NCBI GenBank assembly: GCA_053919585.1
Contig: CM132826.1
Source of the DNA: Euprymna scolopes
Lineage: Eukaryota
Strand: one strand, 5' to 3'
DNA: 64,000 nucleotides
Both the position numbers and the translations under genes were made by a program. Positions 1 to 15,000 of the stretch are shown one piece after another. The notes under the pieces were generated by a model, which had not been told where the DNA came from, ran no database searches, and saw nothing but the letters and a program-made list of their open reading frames with translations. Position 1 is the first letter of the stretch; each line of letters starts with the position of its first letter.

Positions 1-3000
1 TGAAATTAAACTGGAAAAATCTATATATCGTAATAAAAGATGAATTTTAACTGGAACAATCTATATATCGTAATAAAAGATGAATTTTAACTGGAAAAAT
101 CTATATATCGTAATAAAAGATGAATTTTAACTGAAAAATCTATATATCGTAATAAAAGTTAAAATTTAACTGGAAAAATCTATATATCGTAATAAACGAG
201 GAATTTTAACTGGGAAAATCTATATATCGTAATAAAAGTTGAAATTTAACTGGAAAAATCTATATATCGTAATACAAGTTGAAATTTAACTGGAAAAATC
301 TATGTATCGTAATAAAAGATTTATTTAAACTGGAAAAATCTATATATCGTAATAAAAGTTGAAATTTAACTGGAAAAATCTATATATCGTAATAAAAGAT
401 AAATTTTAACTGGAAAAATCTATATATCGTAATAAAAGATGAATTTTAACTGGAAAAATCTATATATCGTAATAAAAGATGAATTTTAACTGGAAAAATC
501 TATATATCGTAATAAAAGTTGAAATTTTACTGGAAAAATCTATATATCGTTATACAAGATTTATTTTAACTGGAAAAATCTATATATCGTAATAAATGTT
601 GAAATTTAACTGGAACAATCTATATATCGTAATGAAAGATGAATTTTAACTGCAAAAATCTATATATCGTAATAAAAGTCGAAATTTAACTGGAAAAATC
701 TATATATCGTAATAAAAGATGAATTTTAACTGAAAAATCTATGTATCGTAATAAAAGATGAATTTTAACTGAAAAATCTATATATAGTAATAAAAGATGA
801 AATTTAACTGGGAAAATCTATATATCGTAATAAAAGATGAATTTTAACTGAGAAATCTATGTATCGTAATAAAATATGAATTTTAACTGAAAAATCTATA
901 TATCGTAATAAAAGATTAATTTTAACTGGAAAAATCTATATATCGTAATAAAAGATGAAGTTAACTGAAAAATCTATATATCGTAAAAAAAGTTAAAATG
1001 TAACAGGAAAAATCAATATATCGTAATAAACGATGAATTTTAACTGGGAAAATCTATATATCGTAATAAAAGTTGAAATTTAACTGGAAAAATCTATATA
1101 TCGTAATAAAAGTTGAAATTTAACTGGAAAATCTATATATCGTAATAAAAGATGAATTTTAACTGGAAAATCTATATATCGTAATAAAAGTTGAAATTTA
1201 ACTGGAAAAATCTATATATCATAATAAAAGATGAATTTTAACTGGGAAAAACTATATATCGTAATAAAAGTTGAATTTTAACTGGAAAAATCTATATATC
1301 ATAATAAAAGATGAATTTTAACTGGAAAAATCTATATATCGTAATAAAAGTTGAAATTTAACTGGAAAAATCTATATATCGTTATAAAAGATTAATTTTA
1401 ACTGGAAAAATCTATATATCGTAATAAATGTGTAAATTTAAATGGAAAAATCTATATATCGTAATAAAAGTTGAAAATTAACTGGAAAAATCTATATATC
1501 GTAATAAAAGGTAATAAAAGATTAAATTTAACTGGAAAAATCTATATATCGTAATAAAAGAGGCATTTTAACTGAAAAATCTATGTATCGTAATAAAAGA
1601 TGAATTTTAACTGAAAAATCTATATATCGTAATAAAAGATGCATTTTAACTGGAAAAATCTATATATCGCAATAAAAGATGACATTTAACTGGGAAAATC
1701 TATATATCGTAATAAAAGTTGAATTTTAACTGAAAAATCTATATATCGTAATAAAAGATTAATTTTAACTGAAAAATATATATATCGTAATAAAAGATGA
1801 ATTTTTACTGGAAAAATCTATATATCGCAATAAAAGATTAATTTTAACCGAAAAATCTATATATCGTAATAAAAGATGAATTTTAACTGGAAAAATCTAT
1901 ATATCGTAATAAAAGATGAATTTTAACTGAAAAATCTATATATCGTAATAAAAGATGAATTTTAACTGGAAAAATCTATATATCGTAACAAAAGAATAAT
2001 TTTAACTGGAAAAATCTATATATCGTAATAAAAGATGAATTTAACTGAAAAATCTATATATCGTAATAAAAGATGAATTTTAACTGGAAAAATCTATATA
2101 TCGTAATAAAAGTTAAAATGTAACTGGAAAAATCAATATATCGTAATAAACGATGAATTTTTACTGGGAAAATCTATATATCGTAATAAAAGTTGAAATT
2201 TAACTGGAAAAATCTATATATCGTAATAAAAGTTGAATTTTAACTGGAAAAATCTATATATCGTAATAAAAGATTAATTTTAACTGGAAAAATCTATATA
2301 TCGTAATAAAAGTTGAAATTTAACTGGAAAAATCTATATATCGTAATAAAAGATGAATTTTAACTGGAAAAATCTATATATCGTAATACAAGGTTAATTT
2401 TAACTGGAAAAATCTATATATCGTAATAAAAGATGAATTTTAACTGGAAAAATCTATATATCGTAATAAAAGTTGAACTTTTACTGGAAAAATCTATATA
2501 TCGCTATAAAAGATTAGTTTGAACTGGAAAAATCTATATATCGTAATAAATGTTGAAATTTAACTGGAAAAATCTATATATCGTAATAAAAGATGAATTT
2601 TAACTGGAAAAGCTATATATCGTAATAAAAGTTGAAATTTTACTGGAACAATCTATATATCGTAATAAAAGATGAATTTTAACTGAAAAATCTATGTATC
2701 GTAATAAAAGATTAATTTTAACTCAAAAATCTATATATCGTAATAAAAGTTGAAATTTAACTGGAAAAATCTATATATCGTAATAAAAGATGAATTTTAA
2801 CTGGAACAATCTATATATCGTAATAAAAGATGAATTCTAACTGGAAAAATCTATATATAGTAATAAAAGATGAATTTTAACTGAAAAATCTATATATCGT
2901 AATACAAGTTAAAATTTAACTGGAAAAATCTATATATCGTAATAAACAATGAATTTTCACTGGGAAAATCTATATATCGTAATAAAAGTTGAAATTTAAC

Positions 3001-6000
3001 TGGAAAAATCTATATATCGTAATAAAAGTTGAAATTTTACTGGAAAAATCTATATATCGTAATAAAAGATTAATTTTAACTGGAAAAATCTATATATCGT
3101 AATAAAAGTTGTAATTTAACTGGAAAAATCTATATATCGTAATAAAAGATGAATTTTACCTGGAAAAAACTATATATCGTAATAAAAGATGAATTTTAAC
3201 TGGAAAAATCTATATATCGTAATAAAAGTTGAAATTTAACTGGAAAATCTATATATCGTAATAAAAGATTAATTTTAACTGGAAAAATCTATATATCGTA
3301 ATAAAAGATGACTTTTAATTGGAAAAATCTATATATCGTAATAAAAGGTGAATTTTCACTGGAAAAATCTATATATCGTAATAAAAGTTGAAATTTATCT
3401 GGAAAAATCTATATATCGTTATAAAAGATGAATTTTAACTGGAAAAAACTATATATCGTAATAAATGTTGAAATTTAACTGGAAAAATCTATATATCGTA
3501 ATAAAAGATGAATTTTAACTGAAAAAATCTATATATCGTAATAAAAGTTGAAATTTAACTGGCAAAATCTATATATCGAAATAAAAGAGGAATTTTAACT
3601 GAAACATCTATGTATCGTAATAAAAGATGAATTTAAACTGAAAAATCTATATATCGTAATAAAAGATGAATTTTTACTGGAAAAATCTATATATCGCAAT
3701 AAAAGATGACATTTAACTGGGAAAATCTATATATCGTAATAAAAGATTAATTTTAACTGAAAAATCTAAATATAATAATAAAAGATGAATTTTAACTGAA
3801 AAATCTATACATCGTAATAAAAGATGCATTTTAAATGGAAAAATCTCTATATCGCAATAAAATTATTATTTTAACTGAAAAATCTATATATCGTAATAAA
3901 AGATGAATTTTAACTGGAAAAATCTATATATCGTAATAAAAGATGAATTTTAACTGAAAAATCTATATATCGTAATAAAAGATGAATTTTAACTGGAAAA
4001 ATCTATATATCGTAACAAAAGATTAATTTTAACTGGAAAAATCTATATATCGTAATAAAAGTTGAATTTTAACTGGAAAAATCTATATATCGTAATAAAA
4101 GAGGAATTTTACTGAAAACTCTATATACCGTAATAAAAGATGAATTTTAACTGGAAAAATCTATATATCGTAATAAAAGTTGAAATTTAACTGGAAAAAT
4201 CTATATATCGTAATAAAAGTTGAATTTTAACTGGAACAATCTATATATCGTAATAAAAGATGAATTCTAACTGGAAAAATCTATATATAGTAATAAAAGA
4301 TGAATTTTAACTGAAAAATCTATATATCGTAATACAAGTTAAAATTTAACTGGAAAAATCTATATATCGTAATAAACAATGAATTTTCACTGGGAAAATC
4401 TATATATCGTAATAAAAGTTGAAATTTAACTGGAAAAATCTATATATCGTAATAAAAGTTGAAATTTTACTGGAAAAATCTATATATCGTAATAAAAGAT
4501 TAATTTTAACTGGAAAAATCTATATATCGTAATAAAAGATGAATTTTAACTGAAAAATCTATATATCGTAATAAAAGTTAAAATTTAACTGGAAAAATCT
4601 ATATATCGTAATAAACGAGGAATTTTAACTGGGAAAATCTATATATCGTAATAAAAGTTGAAATTTAACTGGAAAAATCTATATATCGTAATACAAGTTG
4701 AAATTTAACTGGAAAAATCTATGTATCGTAATAAAAGATTTATTTAAACTGGAAAAATCTATATATCGTAATAAAAGTTGAAATTTAACTGGAAAAATCT
4801 ATATATCGTAATAAAAGATAAATTTTAACTGGAAAAATCTATATATCGTAATAAAAGATGAATTTTAACTGGAAAAATCTATATATCGTAATAAAAGATG
4901 AATTTTAACTGGAAAAATCTATATATCGTAATAAAAGTTGAAATTTTACTGGAAAAATCTATATATCGTTATACAAGATTTATTTTAACTGGAAAAATCT
5001 ATATATCGTAATAAATGTTGAAATTTAACTGGAACAATCTATATATCGTAATAAAAGATGAATTTTAACTGCAAAAATCTATATATCGTAATAAAAGTCG
5101 AAATTTAACTGGAAAAATCTATATATCGTAATAAAAGATGAATTTTAACTGATAAATCTATGTATCGTAATAAAAGATGAATTTTAACTGAAAAATCTAT
5201 ATATAGTAATAAAAGATGAAATTTAACTGGGAAAATCTATATATCGTAATAAAAGATGAATTTTAACTGAGAAATCTATGTATCGTAATAAAATATGAAT
5301 TTTAACTGAAAAATCTATATATCGTAATAAAAGATTAATTTTAACTGGAAAAATCTATATATCGTAATAAAAGATGAAGTTAACTGAAAAATCTATATAT
5401 CGTAAAAAAAGTTAAAATGTAACTGGAAAAATCAATATATCGTAATAAACGATGAATTTTAACTGGGAAAATCTATATATCGTAATAAAAGTTGAAATTT
5501 AACTGGAAAAATCTATATATCGTAATAAAAGTTGAAATTTAACTGGAAAATCTATATATCGTAATAAAAGATGAATTTTAACTGGAAAATCTATATATCG
5601 TAATAAAAGTTGAAATTTAACTGGAAAAATCTATATATCATAATAAAAGATGAATTTTAACTGGGAAAAACTATATATCGTAATAAAAGTTGAATTTTAA
5701 CTGGAAAAATCTATATATCATAATAAAAGATGAATTTTAACTGGAAAAATCTATATATCGTAATAAAAGTTGAAATTTAACTGGAAAAATCTATATATCG
5801 TTATAAAAGATTAATTTTAACTGGAAAAATCTATATATCGTAATAAATGTGTAAATTTAAATGGAAAAATCTATATATCGTAATAAAAGATGAATTTTAA
5901 CTGGAAAAATCTATATATCGTAATAAAAGGTAATAAAAGATTAAATTTAACTGGAAAAATCTATATATCGTAATAAAAGAGGCATTTTAACTGAAAAATC

Positions 6001-9000
6001 TATGTATCGTAATAAAAGATGAATTTTAACTGAAAAATCTATATATCGTAATAAAAGATGCATTTTAACTGGAAAAATCTATATATCGCAATAAAAGATG
6101 ACATTTAACTGGGAAAATCTATATATCGTAATAAAAGTTGAATTTTAACTGAAAAATCTATATATCGTAATAAAAGATTAATTTTAACTGAAAAATATAT
6201 ATATCGTAATAAAAGATGAATTTTTACTGGAAAAATCTATATATCGCAATAAAAGATTAATTTTAACCGAAAAATCTATATATCGTAATAAAAGATGAAT
6301 TTTAACTGGAAAAATCTATATATCGTAATAAAAGATGAATTTTAACTGAAAAATCTATATATCGTAATAAAAGATGAATTTTAACTGGAAAAATCTATAT
6401 ATCGTAACAAAAGAATAATTTTAACTGGAAAAATCTATATATCGTAATAAAAGATGAATTTAACTGAAAAATCTATATATCGTAATAAAAGATGAATTTT
6501 AACTGGAAAAATCTATATATCGTAATAAAAGTTAAAATGTAACTGGAAAAATCAATATATCGTAATAAACGATGAATTTTTACTGGGAAAATCTATATAT
6601 CGTAATAAAAGTTGAAATTTAACTGGAAAAATCTATATATCGTAATAAAAGTTGAATTTTAACTGGAAAAATCTATATATCGTAATAAAAGATTAATTTT
6701 AACTGGAAAAATCTATATATCGTAATAAAAGTTGAAATTTAACTGGAAAAATCTATATATCGTAATAAAAGATGAATTTTAACTGGAAAAATCTATATAT
6801 CGTAATACAAGGTTAATTTTAACTGGAAAAATCTATATATCGTAATAAAAGATGAATTTTAACTGGAAAAATCTATATATCGTAATAAAAGTTGAACTTT
6901 TACTGGAAAAATCTATATATCGCTATAAAAGATTAGTTTGAACTGGAAAAATCTATATATCGTAATAAATGTTGAAATTTAACTGGAAAAATCTATATAT
7001 CGTAATAAAAGATGAATTTTAACTGGAAAAGCTATATATCGTAATAAAAGTTGAAATTTTACTGGAACAATCTATATATCGTAATAAAAGATGAATTTTA
7101 ACTGAAAAATCTATGTATCGTAATAAAAGATTAATTTTAACTCAAAAATCTATATATCGTAATAAAAGTTGAAATTTAACTGGAAAAATCTATATATCGT
7201 AATAAAAGATGAATTTTAACTGGAACAATCTATATATCGTAATAAAAGATGAATTCTAACTGGAAAAATCTATATATAGTAATAAAAGATGAATTTTAAC
7301 TGAAAAATCTATATATCGTAATACAAGTTAAAATTTAACTGGAAAAATCTATATATCGTAATAAACAATGAATTTTCACTGGGAAAATCTATATATCGTA
7401 ATAAAAGTTGAAATTTAACTGGAAAAATCTATATATCGTAATAAAAGTTGAAATTTTACTGGAAAAATCTATATATCGTAATAAAAGATTAATTTTAACT
7501 GGAAAAATCTATATATCGTAATAAAAGTTGTAATTTAACTGGAAAAATCTATATATCGTAATAAAAGATGAATTTTACCTGGAAAAAAACTATATATCGT
7601 AATAAAAGATGAATTTTAACTGGAAAAATCTATATATCGTAATAAAAGTTGAAATTTAACTGGAAAATCTATATATCGTAATAAAAGATTAATTTTAACT
7701 GGAAAAATCTATATATCGTAATAAAAGATGACTTTTAATTGGAAAAATCTATATATCGTAATAAAAGGTGAATTTTCACTGGAAAAATCTATATATCGTA
7801 ATAAAAGTTGAAATTTATCTGGAAAAATCTATATATCGTTATAAAAGATGAATTTTAACTGGAAAAAACTATATATCGTAATAAATGTTGAAATTTAACT
7901 GGAAAAATCTATATATCGTAATAAAAGATGAATTTTAACTGGAAAAATCTATATATCGTAATAAAAGTTGAAATTTAACTGGCAAAATCTATATATCGAA
8001 ATAAAAGAGGAATTTTAACTGAAACATCTATGTATCGTAATAAAAGATGAATTTAAACTGAAAAATCTATATATCGTAATAAAAGATGAATTTTTACTGG
8101 AAAAATCTATATATCGCAATAAAAGATGACATTTAACTGGGAAAATCTATATATCGTAATAAAAGATTAATTTTAACTGAAAAATCTAAATATAATAATA
8201 AAAGATGAATTTTAACTGAAAAATCTATACATCGTAATAAAAGATGCATTTTAAATGGAAAAATCTCTATATCGCAATAAAATTATTATTTTAACTGAAA
8301 AATCTATATATCGTAATAAAAGATGAATTTTAACTGGAAAAATCTATATATCGTAATAAAAGATGAATTTTAACTGAAAAATCTATATATCGTAATAAAA
8401 GATGAATTTTAACTGGAAAAATCTATATATCGTAACAAAAGATTAATTTTAACTGGAAAAATCTATATATCGTAATAAAAGTTGAATTTTAACTGGAAAA
8501 ATCTATATATCGTAATAAAAGAGGAATTTTACTGAAAACTCTATATACCGTAATAAAAGATGAATTTTAACTGGAAAAATCTATATATCGTAATAAAAGT
8601 TGAAATTTAACTGGAAAAATCTATATATCGTAATAAAAGTTGAATTTTAACTGGAACAATCTATATATCGTAATAAAAGATGAATTCTAACTGGAAAAAT
8701 CTATATATAGTAATAAAAGATGAATTTTAACTGAAAAATCTATATATCGTAATACAAGTTAAAATTTAACTGGAAAAATCTATATATCGTAATAAACAAT
8801 GAATTTTCACTGGGAAAATCTATATATCGTAATAAAAGTTGAAATTTAACTGGAAAAATCTATATATCGTAATAAAAGTTGAAATTTTACTGGAAAAATC
8901 TATATATCGTAATAAAAGATTAATTTTAACTGGAAAAATCTATATATCGTAATAAAAGTTGAAATTTAACTGGAAAAATCTATATATCGTAATAAAAGAT

Positions 9001-12000
9001 GAATTTTAACTGGAAAAAACTATATATCGTAATAAAAGATGAATTTTAACTGGAAAAATCTATATATCGTAATAAAAGATTAATTTTAACTGGAAAAATC
9101 TATATATCGTAATAAAAGTTGAAATTTAACTGGAAAAATCTATATATCGTAATAAAAGATTAATTTTAACTAGAAAAATCTATATATCGTAATAAAAGTT
9201 GAAATTTAACTGGAAAAATCTATATATCGTAATAAAAGATGAATTTTAACTGGAAAAATCTATATATCGTAATAAAAGAGGCATTTTAACTGGAAAAATC
9301 TATATATCGTAATAAAAGATGAATTTTAACTGTAAAAATCTATATATCGTAATAAAAGTTGAAATTTAACTGGAAAAATCTATATATCGTAATGAAAGAG
9401 GAATTTTAACTGAAAAATCTATGTATCGTAATAAAAGATGAATTTTAACTGAAAAATCTATATATCGTAATAAAAGATGAATTTTAACTGGAAAAATCTA
9501 TATATCGCAATAAAAGATGAAATTTAACTGGGAAAATCTATATATCGTAATAAAAGATTAATTTTAACTGAAAAATCTATATATCGTAATAAAAGATTAA
9601 TTTTAACTGGAAAAATCTATATATCGTAATAAAAGATGAATTTAACTGAAAACTATATATACCGTAATAAAAGATGACTTTTAACTGGAAAAATCTATAT
9701 ATCGTAATAAAAGTTGAAATTTAACTGGAAAATCTATATATCGTAATAAAAGATTAATTTTAACTGGAACAATCTATATATCGTAATAAAAGATGAATTT
9801 TCACTGGCAAAATCTATATATCGTAATAAAAGATGAATTTTAACTGAAAAATCTATATATCGTAATACAAGTTAAAATTTAACTGGAAAAATCTATATAT
9901 CGTAATAAACGATGAATTTTCACTGGGAAAATCTATATATCGTAATAAAAGTTGAAATTTAACTGGAAAAATCTATATATCGTAATAAAAGTTGACATTT
10001 AACTGGAAAATCTATATATCGTAATAAAAGATTAATTTTAACTGGAAAAATCTATATATCGTAATAAAAGTTGATATTTAACTGGAAAAATCTATATATC
10101 GTAATAAAAGATGAATTTTAACTGGAAAAAACTATATATCGTAATAAAAGATGACTTTTAATTGGAAAAATCTATATATCGTAATGAAAGGTGAATTTTC
10201 ACTGGAAAAATCTATATATCGTAATAAAAGTTGAAATTTATCTGGAAAAATCTATATATCGTTATAAAAGATGAATTTTAACTGGAAAAATCTATATATC
10301 GTAATAAATGTTGAAATTTAACTGGAAAAATCTATATATCGTAATAAAAGATGAATTTTAACTGGAAAAATCTATATATCGTAATAAAAGTTGAAATTTA
10401 ACTGGCAAAATCTATATATCGAAATAAAAGAGGAATTTTAACTGAAACATCTATGTATCGTAATAAAAGATGAATTTAAACTGAAAAATCTATATATCGT
10501 AATAAAAGATGAATTTTAACTGGAAAAATCTATATATCGCAATAAAAGATGACATTTAACTGGGAAAATCTATATATCGTAATAAAAGATTAATTTTAAC
10601 TGAAAAATCTACATATCGTAATAAAAGATGAATTTTAACTGAAAAATCTATACATCGTAATAAAAGATGCATTTTAAATGGAAAAATCTATATATCGCAA
10701 TAAAAGAATTATTTTAACTGAAAAATCTATATATCGTAATAAAAGATGAATTTTAACTGGAAAAATCTATATATCGTAATAAAAGATGAATTTTAACTGA
10801 AAAATCTATATATCGTAATAAAAGAACAATTTTAACTGGAAAAATCTATATATCGTAACAAAAGATGAATTTTAACTGGAAAAATCTATATATCGTAATA
10901 AAAGTTGAATTTTAACTGGAAAAATCTATATATCGTAATAAAAGAGGAATTTTACTGAAAACTCTATATACCGTAATAAAAGATGAATTTTAACTGGAAA
11001 AATCTATATATCGTAATAAAAGTTGAAATTTAACTGGAAAAATCTATATATCGTAATAAAAGATGAATTTTAACTGGAACAATCTATATATCGTAATAAA
11101 AGATGAATTCTAACTGGAAAAATCTATATATAGTAATAAAAGATGACTTTTAACTGAAAAATCTATATATCGTAATACAAGTTAAAATTTAACTGGAAAA
11201 ATCTATATATCGTAATAAACAATGAATTTTCACTGGGAAAATCTATATATCGTAATAAAAGTTGAAATTTAACTGGAAAATTCTATATATCGTAATAAAA
11301 GTTGAAATTTAACTGGAAAAATCTATATATCGTAATAAAAGATTAATTTTAACTGGAAAAATCTATATATCGTAATAAAAGTTGAAATTTAACTGGAAAA
11401 ATCTATATATCGTAATAAAAGATGAATTTTAACTGGAAAAAACTATATATCGTAATAAAAGATGAATTTTAACTGGAAAAATCTATATATCGTAATAAAA
11501 GATTAATTTTAACTGGAAAAATCTATATATCGTAATAAAAGTTGAAATTTAACTGGAAAAATCTATATATCGTAATAAAAGATTAATTTTAACTAGAAAA
11601 ATCTATATATCGTAATAAAAGTTGAAATTTAACTGGAAAAATCTATATATCGTAATAAAAGATGAATTTTAACTGGAAAAATCTATATATCGTAATAAAA
11701 GATGAATTTTTACTGAAAAATCTATATATCGTAATAAAAGATGAATTTTAACTGGAAAAATCTATATATCGTAATAAAAGTTGAAATTTAACTTGAAAAA
11801 TCTATATATCGTAATAAAAGATGAATTTTAACTGAAAAATCTATGTATCGTAATAAAAGATGAACTTTAACTGGGAAAATCTATATATCGTAATAAAAGA
11901 TGAATTTTCACTGAGAAATCTATGTATCGTAATAAAAGATGAATTTTCACTGAGAAATCTATGTATCGTAATAAAAGATGAATTTTAACTGAAAAATCTA

Positions 12001-15000
12001 TATATCGTAATAAAAGATTAATTTTAACTGGAAAAATCTATATATCGTAATAAAAGATGAATTTAACTGAAAACTCTATATACCGTAATAAAAGATGAAT
12101 TTTAACTGGAAAAATCTATATATCGTAATAAAAGTTGAAATTAAACTGGAAAAATCTATATATCGTAATAAAAGATGAATTTTAACTGGAACAATCTATA
12201 TATCGTAATAAAAGATGAATTTTAACTGGAAAAATCTATATATCGTAATAAAAGATGAATTTTAACTGAAAAATCTATATATCGTAATAAAAGTTAAAAT
12301 TTAACTGGAAAAATCTATATATCGTAATAAACGATGAATTTTAACTGGGAAAATCTATATATCGTAATAAAAGTTGAAATTTAACTGGAAAAATCTATAT
12401 ATCGTAATACAAGTTGAAATTTAACTGGAAAAATCTATGTATCGTAATAAAAGATTTATTTAAACTGGAAAAATCTATATATCGTAATAAAAGTTGAAAT
12501 TTAACTGGAAAAATCTATATATCGTAATAAAAGATAAATTTTAACTGGAAAAATTTATATATCGTAATAAAAGATGAATTTTAACTGGAAAAATCTATAT
12601 ATCGTAATAAAAGATGAATTTTAACTGGAAAAATCTATATATCGTAATAAAAGTTGAAATTTTACTGGAAAAATCTATATATCGTTATACAAGATTTATT
12701 TTAACTGGAAAAATCTATATATCGTAATAAATGTTGAAATTTAACTGGAACAATCTATATATCGTAATAAAAGATGAATTTTAACTGCAAAAATCTATAT
12801 ATCGTAATAAAAGTCGAAATTTAACTGGAAAAATCTATATATCGTAATAAAAGATGAATTTTAACTGAAAAATCTATGTATCGTAATAAAAGATGAATTT
12901 TAACTGAAAAATCTATATATAGTAATAAAAGATGAAATTTAACTGGGAAAATCTATATATCGTAATAAAAGATGAATTTTAACTGAGAAATCTATGTATC
13001 GTAATAAAATATGAATTTTAACTGAAAAATCTATATATCGTAATAAAAGATTAATTTTAACTGGAAAAATCTATATATCGTAATAAAAGATGAAGTTAAC
13101 TGAAAAATCTATATATCGTAAAAAAAGTTAAAATGTAACTGGAAAAATCAATATATCGTAATAAACGATGAATTTTAACTGGGAAAATCTATATATCGTA
13201 ATAAAAGTTGAAATTTAACTGGAAAAATCTATATATCGTAATAAAAGTTGAAATTTAACTGGAAAATCTATATATCGTAATAAAAGATGAATTTTAACTG
13301 GAAAATCTATATATCGTAATAAAAGTTGAAATTTAACTGGAAAAATCTATATATCATAATAAAAGATGAATTTTTACTGGAAAAATCTATATATCGTAAT
13401 AAAAGTTGAAATTTAACTGGAAAAATCTATATATCGTTATAAAAGATTAATTTTAACTGGAAAAATCTATATATCGTAATAAATGTGTAAATTTAAATGG
13501 AAAAATCTATATATCGTAATAAAAGATGAATTTTAACTGGAAAAATCTATATATCGTAATAAAAGGTAATAAAAGATTAAATTTAACTGGAAAAATCTAT
13601 ATATCGTAATAAAAGAGGCATTTTAACTGAAAAATCTATGTATCGTAATAAAAGATGAATTTTAACTGAAAAATCTATATATCGTAATAAAAGATGCATT
13701 TTAACTGGAAAAATCTATATATCGCAATAAAAGATGACATTTAACTGGGAAAATCTATATATCGTAATAAAAGTTGAATTTTAACTGAAAAATCTATATA
13801 TCGTAATAAAAGATTAATTTTAACTGAAAAATATATATATCGTAATAAAAGATGAATTTTTACTGGAAAAATCTATATATCGCAATAAAAGATTAATTTT
13901 AACCGAAAAATCTATATATCGTAATAAAAGATGAATTTTAACTGGAAAAATCTATATATCGTAATAAAAGATGAATTTTAACTGAAAAATCTATATATCG
14001 TAATAAAAGATGAATTTTAACTGGAAAAATCTATATATCGTAACAAAAGAATAATTTTAACTGGAAAAATCTATATATCGTAATAAAAGATGAATTTAAC
14101 TGAAAAATCTATATATCGTAATAAAAGATGAATTTTAACTGGAAAAATCTATATATCGTAATAAAAGTTAAAATGTAACTGGAAAAATCAATATATCGTA
14201 ATAAACGATGAATTTTTACTGGGAAAATCTATATATCGTAATAAAAGTTGAAATTTAACTGGAAAAATCTATATATCGTAATAAAAGATGAATTTTAACT
14301 GAAAAATCTATGTATCGTAATAAAAGATTAATTTTAACTCAAAAATCTATATATCGTAATAAAAGATGAAATTTAACTGGGAAAATCTATGTATCGTAAT
14401 AAAAGATGAATTTTCACTGAGAAATCTATGTATCGTAATAAAAGATGAATTTTAACTGAAAAATCTATATATCGTAATAAAAGATGAATTTTTACTGGAT
14501 AAATCTATATATCGTAATAAAAGATGAATTTAACTGAAAACTCTATATACCGTAATAAAAGATGAATTTTAACTGGAAAAATCTATATATCGTAATAAAA
14601 GTTGAAATTTAACTGGTAAAATCTATATATCGTAATAAAAGATGAATTTTAACTGGAACAATCTATGTATCGTAATAAAAGATGAATTTTAACTGGAAAA
14701 ATCTATATATCGTAATAAAAGATGAATTTTAACTGAAAAATCTATATATCGTAATAAAAGTACAAATTTAACTGGACAAATCTATATATCGTAATAAACG
14801 ATGAATTTTAACTGGAAAAATCTATATATCGTAATAACAGTTGAAATTTAACTGGAAAAATCTATATATCGTAATAAAAGTTGAAATTTAACTGGAAAAA
14901 TCTATATATCGTAATAAAAGATTAATTTTAACGTGAAAAATCTATATATCGTAATAAAAGTTGAAATTTAACTGGAAAAATCTATATATCGTAATAAAAG